DNA of 63,958 nucleotides, filler included, from Octopus bimaculoides (lineage: Eukaryota), in the NCBI RefSeq assembly GCF_001194135.2. It is 5 parts of 5 records of this genome, joined end to end, with 100 filler letters (N's around TTAATTAATTAA, not from the genome) between each part and the next. Parts side by side here need not be neighbours in the genome. Positions count along the whole stretch, not along the records: positions 30,822 to 43,873 come from NC_068998.1; positions 43,974 to 58,818 come from NC_068997.1; 3 more parts are not named here. One strand, written 5' to 3'. Made by a program: the position numbers and the translations under genes. The notes under the pieces were generated by a model. That model worked only from the letters and a program-made list of their open reading frames with translations, was not told where the DNA came from and did not search any database. This document shows, piece by piece, positions 36,435 through 49,520 of the stretch (positions within the stretch are counted from its first letter, which is position 1; every line of letters starts with the position of its first letter).

Positions 36435-37329
36435 GGCCATTGAAAATTCCTGTGCAAAATGACCGTTAAACAAAGGGAAATTACTGTGTGGTTGACTGTT
36501 ATAAAGACAAAAGAGCTGTAGACCACTAGGAAAGGGGAGGGTGTAAAGGTAAGGAAGTAGAGAAGTCTACAGTGTTCGCTTAAGCGCACCAATCCGTACC
36601 TTCGCCTATATTTATATACTAAACGACCCTCGTTTGAAACACACACATGCTCACCCAAATACTCGCCAAAAACTATACATGTATGTAAACACACTCATGC
36701 TCACCCACATATTCGCCAAAGACTATACATATATGTACATATGCATAGATATACACGCATACACATCCACACTCACACACACACAACAACCCCGCACCCA
36801 TACACACGCACGCAAAAAAAAATATTATATATATATATAGGGCTAAAAGCAAAAAACTGTGTGGGAAAGCTATAAGGTCAAAACGCGTCTAAAACTGCGC
36901 ATATTTTTGCATGCCCGCACATATATCTACATACGCACGTACTCGCGCACACTCACACTCTCACAAGCGCGCACATACAAGGTTCCATGTACGTGTCTAT
37001 AGACACACATCAAAAGAAACAGGGTGGAGGGGAGAAAACAGAAAAGTACGTGTGGAAAAAATACAAAAACACTAACTCTATAATTATGTAAAAAATATTT
37101 TTAAAAAAATATGTAAAAATATAAAATCCAAGTAAAAAGTATAGAAGGGTAAAAAGCTTATGCATAGACACAATATAGAAAGCAAATCCTATCAGTACAG
37201 TCCTATCAGCAGGTCCTATCAGTAAAAAAATATAAAAAAAATATATAAGAAATGTAAGTAAGAAGTATAGAGAGATAAAAAGCTTATACATAGACACAAA
37301 AATAGAAAGTAAGTCGTATCAGTAAACTC

Positions 37330-37614
37330 AGGTGTCATTGCCCCATCTGGTTATAATTTATTCCTCTATCTTCAAAATCGTTTGGACGAAAAGGTATCAA
37401 TTCTGTAAACCAGGTCAGAACAGCACTGGAGGAGTATTTTTCGTCAAGAACAAGTGAATTTTGGAAGAGGGAGCCATGCAAGTCTACCTCTACCAGATAG
37501 GTGGAATAACATTCTACAAAATTAAGGAGAGTATATTTTAGATTAAAAAAGAACTTTGTTTATTTTCATTTTGAAAATTAAAAGTATAAAAATACCTCAT
37601 TATTTATGGAATGA

Positions 37615-37617
<3 letters not shown>
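37330..37617 (+). mobile_element. Mariner 3' fragment
   Basis: APSGY....SVNQVRTALEEYFSSRTSEFWKR, with a TIR-like end CATTATTTATGGAATGACC. Confidence 0.65.
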
Positions 37618-37653
<36 letters not shown>

Positions 37654-37654
37654 C

Positions 37655-37698
<44 letters not shown>

Positions 37699-37940
37699 GG
37701 TATAAGTTAGAGATGTTAAGCCCTCTAATGGATAGAATTATCCGGAGGCATACCTGGGAATTACCTCAGTAAGTATGGTCCTTGGTTTAAGGTATACGGC
37801 AACAGGTGATATAAAAAGTAAACCGTAGTTTAATGTATATATAGACGATAAGAAAATGGAAGAAAAACAACAAATAGAAGTGTTCTGTTGTGCTAAAAAG
37901 GCATTATTTAATTAATTAAGCAAGGTGAGTGTAAGAGTGA

Positions 37941-38018
37941 GTTTACAGCTGTTTCTGTTTACCAAAGTTAAGGTAAGTAGGTGTTTACCTCGTTGCAAAT
38001 GGTAGACGTCATCAGAAC
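37941..38018 (-). ncRNA. Type I hammerhead ribozyme motif (minimal, Penelope-associated)
   Basis: Minus strand reads GTT-CTGATGA-[long stem II, GTCTACCA...TGGTAAAC]-GAAA-CAGCTG-TA-AAC. Stem III is the palindrome ACAGCTGT, the cleavage triplet is GUA, and stem I is only 3 bp (GTT/AAC). Confidence 0.65.
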
Positions 38019-38029
38019 GAAGAAGGCAG

Positions 38030-39075
38030 AAATAGACAAAGGGGGGAATATAGCGAAAGATAGGAGAATCCCCAATTTGCGTCTGAGCGATAATCCCGTA
38101 GACCCTATGTAGTTTTGGTGGCAGCCCGAGCATCTTATAACATAAATCAGGTTTTCTGAGGCACAAGTAAAGTCAGATTTGATTTTGAATTTTTGTCCCT
38201 CTTTGAAAAGGAATTCTGATCCTTCTAAAAAGTTCGGGCATGTTGCGCAGTTTGGTCAACCACATATTTTTATTTTCAGAAAATAATTTTGCCTTTGTGA
38301 AAATCTTTTTTAGTGATTTCGGTTGTTTGTGCCTTTTAATGATCTTATGTGTGTGTAAAATTGCCTTTAATTTGAAGTCCTTATGGAGCATTGGTAAATT
38401 TGGGGTGATGATGGTGAAGGCTTTTTTGTTTCTAAGGTTGTATGTGGATATGTACGGCAGTATTTTCGGGGAAGCTGTGTTGCTGTGTTGAACTTTTCTT
38501 AAGGCTCTTACGTCGATTTGTGTTGCACGTCTGATTTCATCCTCTATGACTTGAACTAGGTAGTGTCTATCATTTAGGGTGTTTTTGAGTTCTTGTAATC
38601 TAAAGTCTCTAGTATTTTTTTTCTGATACTATTGTGCATATCTTTCTTGTCAGGTTGAAGGAGATGTTTGTTTTGGTGTGTCTTGGGTGGCATGAATTAA
38701 ATAGTAGATATTGTTCGGCGTCTGTGATTTTGTAAGAAATATCTGTTTCTATTTTTAGATTTATTTTCTTAATTAGTATATCCAAGAATGGGAGCTCCTT
38801 TTGGTTGTATTCCATTGTGAACTGTATGTTTGGATTGACGCTGTTTAATAGTCTTTTCGATTCCAGGAGTTTGTCTGTGTTTTCATTCCAGAGGATGAAA
38901 CAGTCGTCTAGGAATCTTTTCCAATTTTCTTTTATGTTTTGCGAAAGAGGGTTTTGAAAGGTGGATAACGTTTTCTGGTATATTATTATTTCCAGATAGC
39001 CCATTGTTAGGTTCGCAATGACCGGAGCTGCCCTAGTACCTATGGTAATTCCGGATGTGTGTCGATAAAACATCA
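38030..39075 (-). mobile_element. Penelope-like retroelement remnant (RT C-terminal half, thumb/linker, GIY-YIG endonuclease), frameshifted
   Basis: Minus-strand translation gives GITIGTRAAPVIANLTMG, WKRFLDDCFILW, IQFTMEYNQKELPFLD and YKITDAEQYLLFNSCHP. After frameshifts it gives KQPKSLKKIFTKAK and KSDFTCASENLIYVIRCSGCHQNYIGSTGLSLRRK (GIY-YIG, about 38076-38180). Confidence 0.93.
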
Positions 39076-39207
39076 GCACCGTTTGACAACCGATATTGGT
39101 GTGTTTACATCGAAGTAACTTCAGCAAAGACAACATATATTGGGATCGATTCATTCGACTAGAAATAATCCAAGGCAGTGTCCCAACATTGAAATAAATA
39201 AATGATA

Positions 39208-39245
<38 letters not shown>

Positions 39246-39269
39246 TCTTTACTCTCTCTTTTTTCCTCT

Positions 39270-39670
39270 TTTACTTCTTTCAGTCATTCGACTGCGGCCA
39301 TACTGGAGCACTGCATTTAGTCGAGCAAATCGAACCCAGGACTTATTCTTTGTAAGCCTAGTACTTATTCTATCGGTCACTTTTGCCGAACCGCTAAGTG
39401 ACTGGGACATTAATCACACCAGCATCGGCTGTCAAGCAATGCTAGGGGGACAAACACAGATGCAGAAGCATACACACACATATATACATATACATATACA
39501 CATATACATATATACGACGGGCTTCTTTCAGTTTCCATCTACCAAATCCTCTCACAAGGCTTTGGTCGGCCCGAGACTATAGTAGAAGATACTTGCCCAA
39601 CATGCCACGCAGTGGGACTGAACCCAGAACCATGTGGTTGGTAGAGAAAGTTATTTACCACACAGCCATT
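39270..39670 (-). mobile_element. SINE family 1
   Basis: Reverse complement of the full head and tail. Confidence 0.85.
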
Positions 39671-40699
39671 CAAGTATGTATGTGAGTGTCAACTGGAACC
39701 AAGAAATCTGAATTCACCAAATGACTGGCTGTGAGTACACTCCATTAATAAACCGAATTGAGGCAGAAATGCGTTTCCAATTCACTGCTAGTGATATATT
39801 CGTGTCTAACCGATATACGTAGAGTTGTTTTTAAACTGAGATGTTATCTCCGGACGAATACTTCCGTAAATTTCCTGTCAAAGATCTATTCACATCGTGT
39901 ATGTTGCCTACATGGCAATTATAGTTTAAAACTATTTCTATTTCATATACCGGATAAGTAAATACACACATACACACACATGCACGCATGCAAATAGACA
40001 CACAAACGCGTGCGAGCACACATACATAAAACTTATGTTAAGCTATGTTATCTTCTGTTACTTTCAAAACTTCTGTTTACAGGTTATACTTTATTTAATG
40101 CACAACTACATTCTCTTCCGTTCTTTTGCGTTTATTTTGTTTTTATAAACATTTTCTTAATCTTTATATTTACGAGACTTATTGTCTGTGAAAATTCTTA
40201 TTGTAATGCAGAATTTTACAAAACAAAATCCAGTTGTCCCATGTTAACAAAGTAAACTTAATATCATCTTATTACACGAACATATCTGCTGATATCAAAC
40301 TCCAAATACTGTAGTATCAAACACGGAACGAGACTCCTCAGAGAATGAGCTATTGATTATCGTGTTAGTATAACAGATTTGAAAAACTCTATGGAAAACA
40401 ACATGAAGAACATTATCTACACCAACCCACTCAAAGCGATACAAGCACACTTACACAAGCGAACAGGCGCACAAACAAACACATAGAGACATATGCAAAA
40501 CTTATGTGTTAGTTTTTAGTCGGCGTGATAAGAATTGCAAATAAAAATCGCTTTTCGTTGTTTCATTTACGCATTTCGAATTCCTAGCTGAACATATTAC
40601 ACGTAAGTTTTTGCTTATATACATATATATGCATATATGTATGTATGTGTGGGTTTTAATAATAACCACCCTAAACTATCTCTTTCAGCTAAATGAATG

Positions 40700-41300
40700 G
40701 ATACTCTGTCTGATTATGACCAAAAAGACCCATCGTTGTTGCTCCAATTTCACCTTGGCTCATACGGAAAATCGACTCGTAAACTGTCAGACAGTTGTAA
40801 ATGTCAGAGCATAATTTTAAGCCATTTACATTCCCTTCTTAGGGATTAATTCAACACATTTCCATCTTGCGTCCATTATACCGTTCCTATCACCTGCTAG
40901 TACTAAAGAGTGGAATGTCCCTAGGAAAGATTCTAGTCAACTAAAGAAATCTGGCCGTCTTGTCTGTGCGGGTGCATGCACGGACGCTACTCTGACAGCA
41001 CTACCTTTATTGTAATCCACTTCCAATACCAACAACTACCTTCTGGATTCAGGAGGATTGTCCGTACCTCTAAACCTAACACTCGCCAAAAAAAAAAAAA
41101 GAAGAAAAACAGTTCTATTCCATCAACCGATTACATCAGAGCACAAAATAGTACCCTTGCTATCGTGAAAAATAGGGCTGAGTGCATGCGTCCCAGAAAT
41201 TCGGATTTCTGCAACGGCAACCACATCTAAGTCAAGTAATCCGAAATCGTTTAGCGAGTGGCGTTGCTTCGAAGATAACACTAGATCACTGTATTAATAC
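40700..41300 (-). pseudogene. L1/Tx1-clade LINE apurinic endonuclease (APE) domain, decayed
   Basis: Minus-strand pieces: LSSKQRHSLNDFGLLDLDVVAVAEIRISG, then LEVRTILLNPEG.LLVLEVDYNKGSAVRVASVHAPAQTRRPDFFS*LESFLGTFHSLVLAGD.NGIMD, then LSDSLRVDFP...NWSNNDGS...SDRV. The APE motifs occur in the expected order. Confidence 0.75.
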
Positions 41301-42700
41301 ATTCTACTCTAAGTGACATCACATTTGTGGGAAAAATTGAGGGAGAGGTTACTCACACCATTGCAAATTGAGGAGGTTGTGTTTTTATTTTGTTGTGGGT
41401 GTTAAAGCGGCTGTCTTAGTTATTATAATGATGTCTTTTTGGTTTGTGGTTTACGTTGACGTTGATGTAATTTCGTTGTCTGCGCTGGGATGTGGCAATT
41501 TGAGGTCCTTTTTGGTGTTTCGTCTACGTTTCTGATTTTTGAAGAGCGATATTACCTTTCGCTTTTCGTTTCTGGGCCTTTCTGGTGACAACTTGCTACC
41601 CCTGGATTCCTACGTCTTTCTTCGTTATTCGAATGTCATTCAGTGGGAAAAATGGAAGCTGTTTTTTAATATGTGCACTTTACAGCAGTTCCTGATGCTG
41701 GTGTTGGAGTTGTTGATGTTATGTTTGTGGAATAGACACTAAAAGGGATTTAGTTGCCTTTTCAACGGAACAGAACGCCTTCCGAGATTGTGCACCAACA
41801 CAATAAACACTTGTCCTTCCTCTCTTCTACCACACACTAATGGGGTCCTCAACCTCTTCGTGAATGAGTAAGGTGATTTTTTTTGTACACTTTCTGCAAT
41901 GTCCCACATTGGAATCTCGACGTTTAATTCGGTCTACGATTTGTATGTGTTCAATTTCATGTTTACATTCTACATGTACCCCTCCAAGATTATTCTGAAA
42001 TAACTGACGTTTATTTGCAGAGTCACACTGTTTAATGTCACATTACATAAAAACCGTCCTAAACTGGAAGGTACGCAAACATATTCCTCAGAGGAGCAAA
42101 TAACAGCAGATAATTTTATAACCTCTTCTCGTTAAGCCCAAAACTTCTCCCGTTCCTTTCCTCTTCTAAGATGTCACACTTATCTCCACAGATCCTTTCA
42201 GCCTTTTTCTGCTTGGTTGGTGCTGGGTTTTCGAACCTTCTACTTTTCTTGTTGATACGTTTAATAGATGAGAATCTTTCTGTTACTGTTTTCCCTTCTA
42301 TTCCTAAGGGAATACGATTAGATCCATCTAGCTGTGCAGCGTTGGTACCTTAAGTTAAAGACCATGTAGTTCTCCCAAGTTAGAATAATCTGTGTCCATT
42401 ATAGTAGCGAATGACAGGCTTTCCTTTGAATTTCCCATTGTGATGATTGGTGCCATCGTCATCGTCGTCGTTTTTGTTGTTTTTCAAATTCAGTGTGTTT
42501 TTGTTTTCCCTGTTGTTGCTAATGTTATTGCAGTTATTCTTATCCATGCTGCTATTGTTGGTAGTAGCGTTGATAATTGTTAGTTTGGATGATTTCCTAT
42601 GTGTTTCATTTTGATGTTGCTCTTCTTGGTGTTCGTGTTGATATCTTGAGAGACACAATGAGGTGTCTCTTTAGCCTCAGTAGATTGACATTCATTTCCC
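41300..42700 (-). mobile_element. Possible decayed ORF1/5' region of the adjacent L1/Tx1-like LINE
   Basis: Lies directly upstream of the APE remnant on the same strand, has an A-rich minus strand and fragmented low-complexity ORFs. No diagnostic motif confirmed. Confidence 0.3.
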
Positions 42701-43873
42701 GCAGGAGTGGCCGTCGTTATGCTGGCTAGAACGCTAATTCATATACTACCGCTGCTTTGCATAAACAAAAGGAATGTATACTCGGCGGTCAGCATTGAAT
42801 GAGAAGGAAAGAAAGAATAGAAAAAACTGGAAGGTACAGAAAGCGACATCAAATTTATGACACTCAAATAGAAAGAACCTGCTCTGTAGACATAGGATTT
42901 TAGTTCGTGTGAGTTTTAGAACTGTGCTACAACTTTGAATAAAGACCAACAGTCATGTATCTTCGCGGTTTCTATTTGGGTTGATCGAGCACGTATGTCT
43001 GGCGTTTCGGGGAATCTATTTTGCATGCGGGTTTGTTTATGTTTAGACTGTATGTACGCATATTTATATAGCTATAAGTAGGTGAACACGTACAGCAGTT
43101 CAAGGCTGTCGTTCTAAGACCATTTAAGCTCTATCAAGCTACAGTGGAAACTGCGGAAGACACCGCAATAATAATACAAATCAAAAACAATATAAAAACG
43201 AAGAAAGCTTTTCCAATCAATGTATTTACATCTCCAGATGATATAAGATGTCTACTTACTACAACTGTGTACTGTGTAAGTTTAATTATATCTTTTATAA
43301 CTGTTTCTCATAACATCAATGAAGTAAATCCATTAATTACTTATTTATGCTATGGATTCTGGCAATGGATAGTTAAAATGCGGAAGAGAGAAACAATGGA
43401 CGGTGAAAACTTGACTGCATTTCGTTTTAGTTTCGATCAATCAATGAAAACACGAGCTAAATAACAAAACTGAAATTCTGATTTGTGTAAATAAAATTCC
43501 ATTTTATTCGAAATATAATGACATGGTAGAATATATTGTGGTTAAAGATATATTAATAAGTTGTGTACAAAAAGAAACAATTTTATATTTTTTAAATATT
43601 TTTTTGCCCGTCTCCGTTTTTCTTGGAACTTACTATTCTATACTGCATTCTCATTATAATAGTTTTATAGCAGTATTCCAGATGAAATAAGTAGAACAAG
43701 AGGAGTTACATAATAGGTTGCTAAGTGTTCACAGAATGTGTGAGGAAAAAATGTTGACAAATAAATTAGGATAGTAGTAATAAAACCGAAGTGAAGACCA
43801 AATATATAGTGCAGGATTTTAATTGGCAAAATATGATCGTCCACATGTCTAAGAATATATATGTATATATATA

Positions 43874-43973
43874 NNNNNNNNNNNNNNNNNNNNNNNNNNN
43901 NNNNNNNNNNNNNNNNNTTAATTAATTAANNNNNNNNNNNNNNNNNNNNNNNNNNNNNNNNNNNNNNNNNNNN
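43874..43973. other. Artificial scaffold-joining spacer
   Basis: Identical N44-TTAATTAATTAA-N44 structure. Confidence 0.95.
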
Positions 43974-44903
43974 CCTAGCGTTCATAATAATTTTTCTATC
44001 GTCTTGGCTCAACAACCCTCACCGTTTGTTTTTACTGCCTTGTTCTCACTGTCCTGTTCTTGTCAACACTTTCACCCTCCGCAAAAAATCCAAAATCTAA
44101 TATATATATATATATATATATGCATGTATGTATAAAATATAGAGTAGAGAAAATTGAAAACGCAAAGTTTAGGCAAATAGATTCCCGAAAGTATACATGA
44201 AGTCATTCAACCAAAATAGTTGAAACATATATATTTATACACACCAACATAAATCATGCATTCTCCAAGAGTATAAAGAATAAAACCAAACATACAGAAA
44301 GATGTAGAAGATATATAAAGATATATAAAATTACATATAAAATTACCTATAAATACATGTGGGTTTACATGTATGCTTGACTGTATGCTTGTATGTGTAC
44401 TTGTATGCATGTTTATTTGCATGTATGCCTAGCTGCATGAATATCTGCCTAGATGCATGTCTGCTTGTTGTGTAAGTCTACCAGCATGTAGGTTCTGCTT
44501 GTGTGTATGTTTACCTACATATATGTCTGCGTGGGTCTATATAAATATCTCCTACAATTAAATATATTTTTAATAACCAGCGCTTCACTTTTGATTCGTT
44601 ATGCCAAGCAGATGAATGATAAATCGTCCAGATCTGGTTGACACACCCGACAGTGAACCGGAGCACATAGAACATCTATAAATGTGTGAGTGCATGTATG
44701 TATGTGCATGTGCAGGAGCGTGCGTACATATTCATAGTGCACACATATACTTAGCTAACTATGCATAGATCTACACATATTCTTTTATTCTTTTAATTGT
44801 TTCAGTCATTTGACTGCGGCCATGCCGGAGCACCGCCTTTAGTCGAACAAATCGATCCAGGATTTATTCTTTGTGAGCCTAGTACTTATCCTANNNNNNN
44901 NNN

Positions 44904-44939
<36 letters not shown>

Positions 44940-44949
44940 CACACACGCG

Positions 44950-46130
44950 TTAGCTGGTGTACCCGGTAATTCCCGGGGGTAAAGATGTTCTATTGAAATG
45001 CCTTATTACTCTGATATAAGAAAGCAATTTCGTTATAACTGCTACAAAAGGTGTATTTTCCGCCACGAAAAAGTACAAAAACTCTCAGCTGGAGGAGGAA
45101 GAGATTGTTGGAGGTCGGCGAGAGAGGTTTTCGGACGTTGGTGAAAAAGATTGTCGCAGTTGGCGAGAGAGGTTGTCGGAGGTTGGCGAGAGAGGTCGTC
45201 GGAGGTTGGCGAGAGAGGTTATCGTTCACAGAAAAACTATTGCTTTACCGTGAGAAAAGCGCTGTTGAAGGGTTAACTGAAATTTGGCAATCGAGGATCG
45301 AATCCACGCTATGCCTGCATGAAGCCACTGCAAATACGATGTGGAAAAAAGTGGTATCTACTGTCATGGAGAAAGTGTAACTGTAGAAAACGCAGAATTG
45401 TCGGAGTATGTATAGAAATGTATGAATGAAGAAATTCAAATTAAAGAAGTGCAATAATAATGGTTAGTAGTTCAAAACTGTGAGTAGTGAAATGCAGAAT
45501 TAGGTCGGCTGATCGTGAGTATGAAATATTGATCGCTTCGCTAAAAACTGCAGGTGGTATGGGTTATTTCCCTTGNNNNNNNNNNTGATCGCTTCGCTAA
45601 AAACTGCAGGTGGTATGGGTTATTTCCCTTGGGTTGTTTAAATACAATATTAGTAATATGTAGTAGATAGGAGGATTCATTGGATGGGCCCTATTATCAA
45701 TTTTTTCAACAATGTAAGTATGTCACGAGGTTTCCAGACATGAGTTCTACACACGTGTCAAATAAAGTAAAAAAGTGATATTGTCTGCAAAAATAAGAAA
45801 TTGGACAGACAAAAAATCAATATGCAAAGTAATGGAACATAAACAATGAAATAGGTTATTTCCCTTGAGTGTTAAAAAAAATATTGTGCAGGTGGTATGG
45901 GTTATTTCCCTTGGATGTTTTAAAAGAATTAGTTATGTGAAGTAGATATAAAGGTCCCTTCCAGGGGCTGTATCATCGATTTTTTTCAACAATTTAAGTA
46001 TGTCACGAGGTTTCCAGACATGAGGTCTACTCACATGTCAAGTTTCATCAAAATCAATAAAACGATGTAGGAGGAGTTAGATAACAACGCCACAAACAAA
46101 CACATACCGATTTTCCACATATGTAGTAGA
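44950..46130 (-). mobile_element. Non-autonomous Helitron
   Basis: On the minus strand it starts A|TC (TCTACTACATATGTGG) and ends with the hairpin CCCGG-GAATTA-CCGGG followed by CTAA (CTRR). It contains an internal tandem duplication with a period of about 282 bp and a 23-bp minisatellite. Confidence 0.72.
45105..45230. repeat. 23-bp GC-rich minisatellite (about 5 units)
   Basis: Repeats of gaggttggcgagagaggttgtcg inside the Helitron. Confidence 0.85.
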
Positions 46131-46787
46131 TATATATATATACGACGGGTTTCTTTCAGTTTCCGTCTACCAAATCCACTCACAAGGTTTTGGTCGGCCT
46201 GAGGCTACAGTAGAAGACACTTGCCCAAGGTACCACCCAGTGGAACTGAACCCGGAACCATGTGGTTGGTAATCAAGCTACTTACCACACAGCCATGCCT
46301 TCGCCTATAGCCATGCCTGCGCCTACATATCTATATCTATATATAACAGAGTATATGTGTTCTGCCAGAACATTCTTTCATTGATTGGATATCATTTAAA
46401 TGAAATATTGTTAGGTTTTGCTTTAGACATAAGACAGAATCATCACTTCGGTGAGACGATATGTCTTTAACTGGCATGTAGAAAAGTTACCTATCAAGTG
46501 ATGATGGGACTTTTGAAGAACTGATGAAGTCTATTACTATGTGTTAGTCAATCTGATCTATAAATACTAATACCGTCTAGTAATTATTTCTTACATTAAT
46601 TGAACTCGGAGCAAATGTCGTATAACTTTTATGAATTGTTTCCCTCGAATTGATAAATGGATTCTACTAGTCATATCACTCTACTTTGTGTAATCCTTCA
46701 ATGTACCTAATGCTGTTATCAAAATTCCATGCCCATCAAATCCCGTTTCTAAATCTTTGGACTGCAAGTTCCGGATTATAGCAAGAA

Positions 46788-46979
46788 ACAACTAAAAGAC
46801 TAAGTGAGATTATTGACACAACTAAAAGACCGAGTGTGATTATAGATGGGTACAGCTAAAAGACTGAGTGAGACTATAGACAGACACGGCTAAAAGACTG
46901 AGGGAGAATCAGCTAAAGTAATAATACTGACTCCGTAAAATACAACGTTTAACATCACCACCTCCATCCCAAGCACCCT

Positions 46980-47045
<66 letters not shown>
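46788..47045. repeat. Minisatellite of about 33 bp (4-5 units) followed by (CTA)n
   Basis: Repeats of acaactaaaagactgagtgagattat, then (CTA)n at about 46981-47045. Confidence 0.8.
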
Positions 47046-49520
47046 CTCCACCATTATCGCAACCATTATCGCAACCATAAAGTGTAACTTTAGAAGCCAA
47101 CGCACGGGACTTCACATAATCATCGAGCTAGAAGTATGAGCTAAATCTCCTCCAAAAAAGAATAGAACGCTTTTGATCATAAGTCTGCTCGATCATAAGG
47201 CTTCTTCTGTGCTAACAATAAAGACATTTGGTGATATTTGAACTTGATGACGTTGTTCGTCTTTTACCCGGTCTTATGAAATCTGGATATTTTATATTTG
47301 TGACATGTCAATAGCGACGACTTGTAAGTTATGGAACTATGTGCATGTGCATGTGTGTGCGAATGTGTGTCTTTAAATGCATGCGCTTGTATGTATTTGC
47401 GCGCACGCACACGTGTGTTTCTGCGCGCGTGTGTAGGCAGCTGCTGATTAAATAAATATATATTGTCCCTCCAGTTAAGTCTTATATTCATTGCTGTGAC
47501 TATATTCTCTAATAGATCAGAACCACTGAAGATAACGTTCACTGTGAAACCCTGTATTAGGGGCGGTTGGTTGGAAAATCTTATGTATTCATCAGATTTT
47601 TTACCAACTCCACTCCCATTCATTTCATTAATCCCATTGACAGTCCTTTTCCATATCAACGCACCCACACTAAGTTTACTGAGTGACTTAACTTACGAAC
47701 ATACCAGATCATATCTCTGCAGACAATCTGTTGAGGACCATGTTGCTTAGTAACTTCCTTTACAGGTGACTTCAGACAGCCATAAGTCATCACCTGTGTC
47801 AGCAAATGTTGTAAATACTTTATGATTGATTAGTCATTCGTTGTCATTCAAATGATCATTTTAATACGACTGCTTGAAGATACACTCTACTATAATTGAA
47901 AAGACACATACGTGTAGCCTTTCTTTTTAATTGTAAACTGAGAGATCGTGCTTATAACTGAAATCTTTGAGTTAAAATGAAAATAAGCTTTCAAGCTTTC
48001 GTCAGACATGCTTTAGAAATTGGATTTCTAAGGAGTTTAGCAATCATTAAAGAAGTGCGTAGCTAATAAAGAGGAGTTCATTTCTAGAAAAACATTTTAA
48101 TCAATGCAATAAATACATTTATCAATATTTATTTATCCTACGTTAGTTTGACAAAGCCAATGGCACTCATTAATGGGAGTTATCTCCTGTAGGCTTCAAA
48201 CTTAGCCATGAAAAGCAATGAAGCACTTGTCAGATTCACAGTGATGCTGCTATTTATATCAGTGAGTTAACATAGGTTCCGTATCGATATACAGATTTGT
48301 TTGAGAGTTCCTCTTTTACAGATACATAGTGCAAAGCTAATAGCTAATTGAGATTCTAATGTTTATGATAAAGAAATGTATAATCAATAAAATTTATACT
48401 CGTTGAGAAGAGAAACATCGTTAGCATTAATGATTTATTCTGATCGAGAAAATGGAAGGAGATTTTAAAATGACTGGAAGAGTGAGAGTGAGAGTGAGAT
48501 ATGCAGCGGTGTGTAGTAAGTCAAGTCTTTGGCAATTAAGTTAAAATCACGAAGACGTATTTCGGTCTTAGAAGACCTTCTGAACGAAGAATAATTTTAC
48601 CTATACTTGCCATGTTTTAGATGACCAAGAGGTATTACACATACAGAGTGGATATTGATCGATTTGGCAACATTAGGTAATAACAAATTAAAAATTATAA
48701 CTGCATTAATGCATAGCGTCCAGAAAGATGGACACATAAACAATTACTATTGCTTGTTAAAACTACCTATTGAGTTTATTTTTGATATAGTCTTCCTTTA
48801 AACTAGTGCTCATAGAGCACTAGTTAGAGGCAGACTATACCAACTATTATTGTTGGCACTCCGTCGCTTACGACGTCGAGGGTTCCAGTTGATCCGATCA
48901 ATGGAACAGCCTGCTCATGAAATTAACGTGCAAGTGGCTGAGCACTCCACAGACACATGTACCCTTAACGTAGTTCTCGGGGATATTCAGCGTGACACAG
49001 TGTGACAAGGCTGACCCTTTGAATNNNNNNNNNNNNNNNNNNNNNNNNNNNNNNNNNNNNNNNNNNNNNNNNNNNNNNNNNNNNNNNNNNNNNNNNNNNN
49101 NNNNNNNNNNNNNNNNNNNNNNNNNNNNNNNNNNNNNNNNNNNNNNNNNNNNNNNNNNNNNNNNNNNNNNNNNNNNNNNNNNNNNNNNNNNNNNNNNNNN
49201 NNNNNNNNNNNNNNNNNNNNNNNNNNNNNNNNNNNNNNNNNNNNNNNNNNNNNNNNNNNNNNNNNNNNNNNNNNNNNNNNNNNNNNNNNNNNNNNNNNNN
49301 NNNNNNNNNNNNNNNNNNNNNNNNNNNNNNNNNNNNNNNNNNNNNNNNNNNNNNNNNNNNNNNNNNNNNNNNNNNNNNNNGGGTATCTTTTATGAATATA
49401 ATATGGAAAAAAAGTGATAGTAAATGATATACAATAGTTATAATGCTTTATTTCTTGGTGTCAATTTTTATGAACGTTATGCACTCAACAACCCATATGG
49501 TCGTTTTACTCCTTTTTCAG

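Noticed and set aside
39076-39154. N-terminal part of the 181-aa ORF 38609-39154
   Set aside because: It is the antisense of a decayed SINE 3' half; the Penelope homology starts only near 39075.
42690-42760. Possible HDV-like ribozyme at the 5' end of the L1/Tx1-like relic
   Set aside because: I could not build the P1/P2/P3 nested pseudoknot from the sequence.
45530-45630. Duplicated 46-mer tgatcgcttcgctaaaaactgcagg...
   Set aside because: It flanks a 10-N gap and is an assembly overlap artefact.
46788-46915. Regularly spaced repeats resembling a CRISPR array
   Set aside because: Eukaryotic context, degenerate units, no unique spacers and no cas genes; it is an ordinary minisatellite.
48548-48592. 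Hammerhead-like GGTCT-TCTA-AGACC-GAAA hairpin on the minus strand
   Set aside because: It has no valid CUGANGA core and no stem I pairing.
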